A DNA stretch of 64,000 bases, taken from Eledone cirrhosa (Eukaryota). Each line of letters begins with the position of its first letter. The stretch's first letter is position 1. Shown here one piece after another: positions 26,001-38,400 of the stretch. The stretch lies in assembly GCA_964016885.1 (NCBI GenBank), contig OZ024741.1, forward strand, positions 368,218,001-368,282,000, given 5' to 3'. The notes beneath the pieces are model-generated. The model was not told the DNA's origin and did no database searches. It saw only the letters and a list, made by a program, of their open reading frames with translations. A program made the translations under genes and the position numbers.

Positions 26001-27337
26001 ACTTTATTTTATCGACCCCGTAAGGATGAAAGGCAAAATTAACCTCGGCAGGATTTGAACTCAGAATAGAAAGGGCTGTAACTCTATGCGTCAAAGCATG
26101 GCGTCCAACTCTCTACCAATACTACCAGTGCACAAACAACAGTCTAAGAACAGATATAATAAAATAGAGCTATTTACCGTTAAGTTGTTAACTATAGTGG
26201 CCATGGTGCTAAGAACTTCTGGTTCCCGAGCAGCAGGTACATTTCTCTGATAGTCTAACAACACAGCATCAAGTAATGGAGGAATAAAGTTGGCAGCAAC
26301 CTACAATAAAGAAAATTAGTAAATTTAAATCTGTAGATTTTAAACCGTTTTGAAACCAAACAGTCTGAAAACACCCATAGTTCTACAATACAAAAATCTT
26401 TATTTTAAAGTATGTATATTTATCTAAAAATATTCTATCATAATTATATTTAAGAATTTTGTTAACTTGTGTTCCAAATACCAGTTTAATACTGATTAAG
26501 TTAGATATTTTACTAAATCCCTCCAAATCATATGTAGTGTTTTTTTATTAGAAATATGGTAATGGAAAGTTAAAAGAACTTAAAAGTATTTTTCAATGAA
26601 AAAATTAGCAAAAACTGAAAAGTATTGAAGACACTACTTTTAGAAGTTCTAATTACAGTAAACTAAATTTCTGTTCTTATAAGCATATATATTTACCAAA
26701 TATGGATCTGCAGCCCGCGTGACCCAACCAGAAATTAGTTTGAGGGTCTCTTTCTTCACTGTTCGCATACTTCTGATGAGAGGTTGTTTCGTAACACTCT
26801 CTCCATTGGTAGCGATTGCACTGCTGATATTTTCACTCATCACTTTATAAACATTAAGCATGTCCAAATATATTCGTCCAAGCTGAAAGTAGATTTTAAA
26901 ATATAGCCAATTTCTTAAAACTTTATTTGATTTGAAATTGGTACACAGAGGAAACCATAAGTCTATCTATTTTTAAAATCTTTATATAAATAACATACTG
27001 TATATATGTCACATAAGTGATACTCCATTTTACATACAACATTCTTGGTTCAATATTCAACTCACATATGAAGTTTTGCATATGTAGTAGATAGGTTACA
27101 TGCTGGTTGTGGGCACAGAATGGCTGAATGGTTAAGTTCAAGTCGCAATTATAAAGCCCTGAGTTCGATTGCACTGCGTGGCATCCTGGGTTTCATTTAC
27201 TATAGCCTCAAAAGTGAAGTAGAGTAGATGGAAACTTTTTGGAACCTCATTGGATGAACTGTACCTGTAATTCAAAGGGCCAGCTGTGCCACAGTGAATC
27301 TCTCTGAGAATTACCGAATATAAGCCAAGGAATATGC

Positions 27338-27369
<32 letters not shown>

Positions 27370-30300
27370 TGATCGTGAAACAGGCTTTATATCCACCATC
27401 TAAACAAATTGTTGATTAACTGCCTTGGATTTTGATTTTTGCCTATTTCTCAGGCATAAAAAAGGGATGGGGGATCGATTTATATTCAAGTATATATGGT
27501 AGGTTAATTACTTGCGTCTGTGGATTGAACAACTGGCACACGCATTGTCGAAACCTAGTTCCATTCCCTTCCTGCATGCTGATTTTTTTCATTTATACAT
27601 ATGTATATACAGTAATACAATTTATGAATACTAGGATGAAATTAATGCCTATTTTATATGCTCAGATAGTCTGTTGGAAACTTATAATTGATGAGAGAGA
27701 AATTAAACTATACCAACCTGTAATACATATGGATGCCCTAAAGCTTTACATGCCCGGACATTTGTTTTTAAAATATTGCTAAGTTGTTTCACAGCATCAG
27801 GATCTTTTAGAACTTCAACATTCTACAACAGAAAAAGCAATGTTTAAAATTTATTATTTCATTTTATATCAATGTGAAAACATCAAATTATTTCAATAAT
27901 TCTCTACATTATCCTAAGTAATGTAGTTACACATAATACTAAACAACTTTCATAACATTCAACAAATACACTCTCTCAATGGAACACTGAATTTCATGGT
28001 CAACAATTTTTTTTAATCAACTGCTATGAAATAAAAGAAATTAATTATCTCCGTTTTCATGACCGTACTTCTAATGAAATACATTTTATTTCAATGTTAC
28101 ATATAGTGGAAAATAAAAAAACAAATAGGGACCCTTCAAATTGGGTGGTTCCATAGAGCTAAAGCCAGTTTAGGCCAGATTGATATCAAAAGGGTTAACT
28201 GAATAAATCACTTACCTGTGTGGCCTGGTTTATTATACCGTCCCATACTTGATTGGGTAATAACATGTACCTTTCTATCAAATGATCCTGGGGAACTTGG
28301 TCCATTTGTGCACTAATCATTAAGCCAACAGCTTCATAAAATGTATGAACCTATGAAAATATTGACAATGGAGATGAAAGCCCTGACTAGAAAAAAAGTG
28401 ATATTTTTTTTATAGTGATAACATATACCTTATCAAATATAATCCTAACTGTATATTAAAATAGCCTTGCTCTACTTACAGTCCAACAGATTAGAAAAGA
28501 GAAAAAGGATTAAGTGTCAAAGTAAATGACAATATTGTTATGCTTTGGGAGGGTCATGTTGCCAATAAGAAACACACGCACCAGTTGCTTTCACTCCAAT
28601 TTATTATAAATTTCCGGTTGGTTGCTCATATATTGTCAAAGTTCTTTCGTCACACATTCTGTGACCTCATCAGTGACCGGGGATTCTTTTCTTTGTTTTG
28701 TGCCTCTCCTTTGTTCTGTCCTATGCCATCTTGTTTTTGTGTGTGTTGTGTTGACACAACAAAAACAAAAACAAGATGGCGTAGGACAGAACAAAGGAGA
28801 GACACAAAACAAAGAAAAGAATCACTGGTCACTGATGAGATCACAGAATGTGTGGCGAAAGAACTTTGACAATATATGAACAACCGTCCAGTTGTGGAAC
28901 CAACCAACCAACCAACCGGAAATTTATAAATTTTTTTAAATTTTTAATTTATAATAAATTGGAGTGAAAGCAATTGGTGTGTGTGTTTCTTATTGGCAAC
29001 ATGACCCACCTAAAGTATAACAATATCGGTTTCAACACACGTTTTCAGATAAAGAATCTTGCTAAACAAATTCAGAAACAAAATAAATGACAATAGTTAC
29101 ATAATTAAATCTTAACATTCTGTAAAGATTTGGCAGAAAATATTTTAAAAACAGGCTTGTTGATTCAATTTTTCATGTGATGCAGTCATACTGCTGCTTT
29201 GCACTTTTCAAGAATGTCTTGCTAATGTGGTTTCATGTGGTACAGGTTAAGACTTAAGGAATTTACAGAGATGAGATGTTATTGTCTTTAGCAAAAATTT
29301 ATGAAATATATTCATAAAAACTCTTGTATCTTGTATTGGTTCAGTACAAAATGTAGTGTTGGGTGTGACCAAAAGAAGTCATAAATATAGGAAGAAATAA
29401 TCTTAAAACACAGCCATGATAAAAAGCATGCCAAAATTGGAATGTATGTAAGTAGGACATGGTAATCTGGCCTGTCTATGAGGACATTAACTTCAATTAA
29501 ACACTGACTTTGTAAAAACTTGTCATACACATACCATGATGAAAAAGCAAGCATAAAAATTATATTCTACAAACATTACAACAAAGCATATATTTGGAAA
29601 TTAGTTTTTGAAGATCCAGTAGATAAATGGCATGCTGGTTTTTTACGATCCATTTTTATTGACAAAAGGTGTGACTAATACACAATCATATATGGTATAT
29701 AAAAACATTGAAAATATATTGTCAGTCAGCAAAATGTGTAAATTTACCTGCTGAGGTTGAAGATCACAAATTATAGTATTGATTGTGGCTAAGATTTCTT
29801 CAATAAATGGCATGACTTCCCCAACTTGAACTTGAACAAAATGGCGGCGACATTTTTGAGCTATCTTAATAAATGTATCACAAGCCATATCTTGTACACC
29901 ATCATGTGTTTCTAGAGAAGAAAGTGAAAATAGATTACATTATTGAAAGGGGAGAAGGGGGAGAGTTTTCTAGCAGTCATGCAGATTTCTACACTGCCTA
30001 AAACAAATATTTCTTAAATAAAATTATAATGAAAGGATTTAATAAGTATCAACATTTTAAAATGAGCAGTTTTGTATTATAAATGTAGGGCAGTTTAGTA
30101 TCAAAAGTGTTAATTTAATGAAAAATATACACTTTGTGCTTTCTGAATTCAAATCTCCCCTGCCAGTTGTGATAGGCAGATAGTATCAGCAATGGAAACA
30201 ATTTCCTTGGTTTGATCTAATGATTGACTCCTTTCCATTTTTTTTTATATTTTATTAATTGATATGGATTTTTCAACTTCTTTTGTACATAAATTGATTT

Positions 30301-33300
30301 TTAATTTAAACCCAAGGTTAGTAAAGTTGGGGAAAGGACAAAGTTGATTAAATCAACCCTAGTACTTGACTGGAGCTTAATTTTATCGACGCCAGAAGGA
30401 TGAAAGGTAAGTTTTGTACATAAAATAAATATAGAAAATATGAGACTAAGACAATTATCAACAACAAACAACCAAATTTATATCCTTAAATAGAAATCTT
30501 GATGGTCCAAATTAAAATTTTCTATAAAATTTTAATACAAAAAGAAAATAGAAAAATGTATGGCCACAGTTTAATGACTGAAAACAGTCAAAGAATAAAA
30601 GATTATAATTACCATGCATGAATTCGAATAGTTTGTTGACCACTGTTTTTAAAAATTTCCAGTGTGCTCGGAGAAACCGTGGGTACTGTCCAACAACATA
30701 CATGATATTCGATGCGATGATGGCTTTATTGTCTTTGCCTCGTTTTTGTTCACACAATCCCAAGAGATCCTACAGCCACAAGGACAGGACATCAATTAAG
30801 TAATTGCAAACAAATGCACAAACACACACTATTAATTAAATAATTCTTTATATACAAATAGCTTTAGTGATAGTTTTTTCACCCCATGCTAGCATGGAAA
30901 ATGGACGTTAAACGAAGATGATGATGATGACTTCGATTCCCTTGCCTATTGGTATTAACTACCCTAATAAAAGCATCAGTTAATGTAATATACAACTGTT
31001 CATGACTAAATACTTGTAGGAAGGTATACCCTTACCTCATTAAATGCTTCACTCTGTGTTTTATCAATAAGCTAATTTAAGTAGAACCCGAGTTCTTTGT
31101 AAACGGTTCTGTCTAACAGATGACTAAGTGCATGCATTAAATAATTGACGATTATAAAAGTCATTTTCTACTCCTTACCATCACCACCTATATCCCTACC
31201 AATAATCTCACCAGTTGCAGTTCTCAGTATATCACACTATGTAAGTGTGTGTTTCATTGTGTTTTTCTCTCAATTTTTCTATTTTTTGCCTCTCACCCTT
31301 AGTACCGCACACAATTACTACTTTTCCTCCCTCATCAAAACTACTTTCTCTTTTTACCCTTCCTGCATCTGCATAACATGTGGATAAGCATATTAATATT
31401 ATAGATAATTATTAGGTAATAACAAAAGAATAAAATAAGCAATAATGAAGACTTACCTTTATTACAGTAACCAAAAAGCGTTTCTCATCATCTTCATACA
31501 TAGCACCACTAATTGAGCCAATAGCCCAACAAAGCTGTAATTAAAAAAAAATATATATGTATATTTATTCATATCATCATCAAACAGAAGTGTGCATCAT
31601 CATCATCATCATCATCATCAACGTTTAACGTCCGTGTTCCACGCTTGCATGGGTTTGGACGGGGGTAGTCCCACTTGAGGCAAGAGTGATTGTCTTGCTC
31701 GCATAGGACTGTCTGGCAGGTTTTCTACAGTTGGATGCCCTTCCTAACACCAACCACATTTACAGTGTGGGTCTGGGATGGTTTTTACCGTGTTGCCTAC
31801 ACGGCCACATTACAGCGTGGACTGTGTGTTTTTTTGTCGTGACACCTACACGATCTCATTTGTTTCGGCCTCGATGGCGCGGCACCAACATAACTTTACA
31901 TAGAACGGGGTGGTGTGGATCGGGTGGGGGTGGTGGGACGGGGTGTATTTTGTTAGAGATGCCTACTGGCTGGAGTAGGTTTTACTATATATTTAGGTAA
32001 GGCGGGTCTTCTCTGTTACTGAGTACCGCCAAAGGTCTCGGTCCAGTGACATTGTCTTGGAGAGGTGTAAGTGTGTGATGTCGGAGTTTATCAGCTCGTC
32101 CCAGGTTTTTCTAGGTCTGCCTATTCCGTGACTACCGTCTATCTTTATTGCCCTGCACTTTGTTATACAGCTATCGACTTTCATGCGCATCACGTGTCCA
32201 TACCAACGTAGCCTTCTCTCGAGTAAACAACATCTGATCCCTCTTATCTCTAATTTATTCCTTAGTTCGTTTATGCTTTGCCGTTCACGTATATTACTGT
32301 TACACATCCAGCGGAGCATGCAAGCTTCGTTCCTCTCTAGTCTGCGTATATCCTCTGCACACAATGCCCAGGTCTCACTGCCATGCAGCATTGCTGTTCG
32401 TATGCAGGCATCGTACAACCTGCCTTTCATTTTTAGTGAGAACCCTTTAGCAGCTAATAGTGGTATAAGCTCTCTGAACTTTTTCCAACCAGTTCTGACT
32501 CTAGCTACAGTACTTTCAGAGCACCCTCCCCCACTGCTGATTTTATCGCCCAGGTAACGGAAGCTGTCCACTATTTCTATAGAACCCTCTGCGCAATTGA
32601 AAGAGCTAGTAGTTTGTGGGCACTTGCTGCTACTTATTGCACCAGAGCACCGGCCACATGTAAAATCTATGTTCTTAGTTAGCCTACCTGTGATCCCACT
32701 ACATCTTTTATGCACCCATACTTTGCATTTAGGACATAAAATGGAGTTTCTACCTACGCCTTTCCTACACACCGAGCACGACCATTTCCCAGAAGGGACC
32801 GCCGCCTTGTTTTCTTTCCTACAAACTAGTACTTTGGTCTTAGCCAGGTTAATTTTAAGTCCTTTTGACTCTAGGCCGTGCTTCCATGTTTGGAGTTTCT
32901 TCTCTAGCTCGGCCATTGATTCCGCTATGAGTGTCAGGTCGTCTGCGTATAGGAGTTCCCATGGGCAGCCTGTCTTGAACTCCTCTGTTATGGCCTGAAG
33001 GGCAATAATAAATAGTAGTGGACTGAGAACAGAGCCCTGATGGACGCCGACTTTTACGCTAAACTCTTCACTATATTCGTTGTTAATTCTAACCTTGCTG
33101 ACTGTTTCTTTATACATGGCTTGTATAGCCCTCACAAGCCATTCGTCAACGCCTAGTTTTCTAAGAGCCCACCAGATAATGGAGCGGGGGACTCTGTCGA
33201 AGGCTTTCTCCAAGTCGACAAAAGCTAAGTAGAGGGGTTTACCTTTAGCTAGGTACTTCTCTTGTAGTTGTCGTACTATGAAAAGAGCGTCTGTGGTACT

Positions 33301-35404
33301 TTTGCCTGACACAAACCCGAACTGCATTTCATCTAGGTCAATTCTCTCTCTGATTAGTTGCGCTATTACTCTTTCCGTGACCTTCATGACCTGGTCGATT
33401 AATTTAATGCCTCTATAGTTACTCCTATCTAGGGGGTCTCCTTTACCCTTATAACAGTTAAGTAATTATTATTATTGTATAGCTATTCTATTTTCCCAAA
33501 AGTACTTTCTGAAATATCACAATCCTCTAGTCTCCATAACTCATTAAACTATTTTTCATTACTAACTTTACTGTTTTTTTAACCCTTTCCATAACAACCA
33601 GTCAGAAACTGCCCTTGGTTCTGTGACACAAAACTGCTTATTTTAAAGGGTGTGTATTTATCTAATAACCTTCCCATTATATCTTTATGTAAGGACTTTT
33701 TGTTAAGTAATTTTCAAATGTCAGTTTAATAACGAAAAAGTTATTTTATCAAATTCCTCCAAATGTTATATCATTTTCAAAATGATTTGAAATACTTTGG
33801 CAGTGTCTTTCATTAGAAATATGGTAACAAAAGGGTTAAAAACTTTATCACTAGCTTCAGTTTCCAAATATGTTCTCACAGTCACATGTGGTAAGAATTA
33901 TGTTCTAAGAAATTTATGAAATAAGGAGAAAAGAAAAGGAGATAAACCAATAGTATGAGAGAAGCAAGAACATTCTAGATAGTAAATGGTGTTTATGAAT
34001 AGACAGGTAACATTTCAATTAATAGTGTTATTGTAATCCTACAAGAAAATATAACTGCATAAATGAAGATACTACAATTAGTAAACTAACCGTATTTAAA
34101 TTTTTCCATGACCATTCCGAGCCGTTTACTTGATTATGAAGTTTGTCAGTCATTATATTTTCAGTATCCACATAGTCTAAATGAGTGAGGTAAACTGAAA
34201 AATAAGGAAATGGAAAATAAATGGCAGGTTATATCACTGATGAATTGCTTTATATATATATATATATATACACACACATACAAAGTACTGGTTCCTTGAT
34301 AAAATGCGCCCAGCACATCCTGTAAAATGATACTGCTGGTGCCATGATAAAATGCATTTGGCACACTCTGTAAAGTTGTTAGGAACGGCATCCAGCTGTA
34401 GAAACAATACAAAATATGCAACATATGAGCAAGATATGGTTCTCTAACTAGACTAGTCTTGAACTGTAATTATCTAACCAATGCCAGCATAGAAAATGGA
34501 TGTCATTTGATGATATGTGCAGGCATGACTGTGTGGTGTGGTTAAGAACATAACTATATGATTTCAGATTCATTCTCTCTCCTGCACGTGATTCTTGATT
34601 GACATCCACCCTCACCCCACATTACCATAACTTATCTTATTGTTATTGCTTCATACTTTTCATACTGATAACTATTCAATCGCCTACCAACAACCAATAT
34701 GTAGCTACTACTCACTCTCTTCTCCATTTCCTACCCTTATCATTGTATCATCACACTCGTTTTCATGCAGACAATAAGACAACCTCGTCAGTGTTGGTAC
34801 CATGATATAATACACCCAGTACACTCTGTAAAAGGCTGACAATTGAATGGAGACAACATGGGAGTAGAAAAGGCTCTTCAGTTACACCAAGAATGTTGGT
34901 GTTAGAGAAGGCACAGTTAAAGAAACCACGTCCAAAATGGAATATGTGAGTAATTCTGAATAAAAGCTAAAAAAAAGTAAAATGATAATTAAAAAAGCTA
35001 CAATCTCTTCTAATGATATTTCAACCCAGAATACCAAGTAATGAAACTAAATAATGTAACATATTAGTCCAATACAACTCCATAAAATCAAGTAAAATTA
35101 AAATACATACTTAAAAGAAATATTTTTTTAAATGTATCTCTACTGAAGTCAATACTTATTGTATAATACTATATTTCCAAAGCTGTAAATGAAAATAGCT
35201 GGCTTTAATAAGACTGGGCTGATCAATTACTTACCTAGAGTCTCCCTCATATTCTTGTAAAGATTGATGGAGTCAGTATCTTTCATAAATTCACGCACAA
35301 CTTCACCTTGCTCATTTTCTACAATAAGCACTTCTTCGGGTTTTGCCATTCGAGAAATCATGACACCCCGTACCTTAAAAGATGAGAAATTTATATATAA
35401 ACAA

Positions 35405-35453
<49 letters not shown>

Positions 35454-38400
35454 CACCCACTCATACATGTGTTGAACCCTAGTCGTTTCTGACAATGAGT
35501 GTTTCAGTTGCTAGATCAACAAAACAGCCTACACATGAAATTAACATGCAGGTGGCTAAGCATTCCAAACATTTGCCTCTATAACATAGTTCTCAGGGAA
35601 ATTCAGAATGAGGCAGTCTATGACAAAGCTTGCCCTTAAATTACAGATACAATTAATTTTTCCAGCTGAGTGAACAGAAGCAATATAAAATACAGTGTCT
35701 TGCTCAAGGTCACAAAGCAGCACCAGAAATCAACCTCATGACCTCACAATGATGAGCCAAACAGCCTAACCACCTAGCTACCCATCTTCATACATATAAT
35801 AAAAATAATAATAAAGATATAGACAGTTTGAAGTTGATGTCAGCAAAGGTAGTTGATTTATAGGTGGGATGAGATATAAAATAACTATATAGTTAACAAC
35901 CTGTCAGTTATAATGAGATAACCAGAACTCAGTCAGTTATAACTATATAATCTTTATAGTTAACATACTATTGGTTATGACTACATAATCCATAGTTAAC
36001 ACACTCAATTATATCTATATAATCTCTATAGTTAACACATCATACAGTCCCTATAGTTAATATGCATTAAATGAAGTTGAGGAATTTTATCAATGACTTA
36101 GAGGGATGAAAAGTAAAGTCAAACCCAACAGGTTTTGAACTCATAAATATAAAGAGATGTAAATCAATACTAAAAGGCATTTCATCTGATTGAAGATAAA
36201 ATATTGATTGATTAGTTTTATAATACTTAGTGTTTTGAGGTTAACCAATGCTTTGTGACTTAAAATTGGTTGACAGGAACTGTATGGATGCCTGTCGCAT
36301 CCACAGTATGTATGATCTCTGTGTCTAAAAAGATCAATAAAATAAGTACTTGGACTGATATGGTTGACTAGATCCCTTCAAGGTAACAGTCTAATGATTC
36401 AAACCCAATAAACAAAAACAAAACTTACTCGTGAGAGCACTGTCATATAGAATTGTCTCCTAACAGGTATTTCTCCATGAGATCGACCAAACATCAATGG
36501 TGTCGAACCCGCTGAAAATGGACTTTCGCGATACAGATCAGCTGCCAATGAATTCCAATATTCTAGACATACTTTGAACACTTCCACTTCATCCACTTCA
36601 GAAATTCGAATCAAGTAATGATGGGCCTACAAATTAAATGTAAAGAGCACATTTTCATCATAACCTTAAACAAAACTCTGGTGATATTTTATTGTTTCAA
36701 TCTGATTTCCATATGAAATAAAGTTAGAAAATACATAAAAACAGATTTGTTAGTTCAAATGTTTATAGTATCTTTAACAGTTTACAGTAAACTAAGGAAA
36801 AGACTAATTTTTTATGTGATACAATTTTGTACTTTCGTACTTGTGATACTGTTTTGTACTTTTCAAGAATGTTTTGCTAATGTGGTAAAGAACAGTAAGA
36901 GTTAATATTAAGTTTACACACAATCTTTAACAAATTTGTATGTTAAATACTCTTTAGATAGAAATTAATTTGGATTCTAGTTATCAAAGAAGACCAATTG
37001 TTAAAAAAACCCAGAAAAAAGGATCTTGTTATATATTCTGTATGTCATTCTGAATATATAAATAAAATAATCTCAGATAAGTATAAATTTTATAGCAAAA
37101 TAACTTTTACTCACTTGTATCAAGAGATTGTGATAGTCAGTTTTACGTTCTATGAGTAAAACATGTTCTTTTAGGAAGGTGCACAAAAACAAACTAAGAT
37201 TTTGAATGAAATTCTGTTCATCATCTGTCCCTTTCCGATAAGCATCTTTAATAACCGTATCTAATGGTAACATCTGTAAGACAATATATACAGTAGTATA
37301 AATATATGAAAGGCAATGTAAATGAAATCAAGATACCTAGATTATTAAGTACAGTAAAAGACATCAGGGTGAATAATAAAGATTGAAGTAAATAGTTTAG
37401 TAGTTAAAAAGGATGGAACTGATTGTCAGATGAGACCCAGGAAACAATGTTGCCATTGCTGATACCATCTGCTGGTCACAACTCCTGGCAGAAGTGGGTG
37501 AAATTTTGACTCAGAACGTAGAGAGTCAGATCAGAAATGCTAAGCATTTCCTTTGACTCTTTGCTACTTCATGTATCAACCACGAAAGAATGACAGGCAA
37601 AATTAACCATGACAGAATTTGAACTCAAGAGTGTTAGGAGCCAAAAGAAATAATAAGGCATTTAATCTGATGTCCAAACGATTAACACGATCAACAAGTT
37701 CTCAGATCTTATTCGCTTACCAAGTGGGGTGGAACTCGTCAAATTGGACCAAGGAAACAATGTTTCCAATGGTCTTTCCACTGTTGATACTATCTACCAG
37801 TCACAACTCCTGACAGAAAGAGCAATGTGAAATAAAGTGTCTTGCACAAAGACATAATACACTGCTCGGACTGGGAATTGAACTTGTAACTTCATGATTG
37901 CAAATCCAACTATCTAACGACTAAGCCACACACCTTCACAGCTACATATTAAATAAGTGGGGGAAAAAAAAAACCAAACCTGTTTTAACTGTTCCATGGT
38001 TATTGTAAATAGCTGTGTAACTTGATCATCATATTGGGAAACTTGTACAGCAGCTAAATAAGAGAAACATTTTTATTAATTTATCAAAGTCACATGGATA
38101 TATCAGCAGCATTTTAACAATTTGATGGTGATACAAATGAAGATCAAAATCTGTAGTAATGTTACATTTAAATTTAAACATTGTGAGTGACATCAACAAA
38201 TACTCTCAGTAAAAAATACTTTATATATTTATGAACTTTTGTTACATAACTTCCTTATGATTCAAAATTTACAAGACATCATAAACATCATAATAAAGTT
38301 TACTACTACATATCAACCTGATATCAATATTTGTACTAAACTGTAAAAAACATTTTGTTTCAGAAAAATAATTGAAATTCTTAGAAAAGGTTAGATATCG

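Larger units (their letters stand above)
28532..29026. mobile_element. ~495-bp palindrome, probable Penelope-like inverted pLTR remnant
   Basis: Arms are reverse-complementary around a centre near 28750; a hammerhead motif lies in each arm; TAAATGACAATA repeated at 28523 and 29084. Confidence 0.75.

Noticed and set aside
28540-28907. Mirror-image ORFs on both strands
   Set aside because: A consequence of the palindrome; no recognisable protein.
32183-32998. Plus-strand ORFs repeated at about 12.4, 32.6 and 49.7 kb
   Set aside because: Antisense shadows of the RTE ORF, repeated only because the element is repeated.
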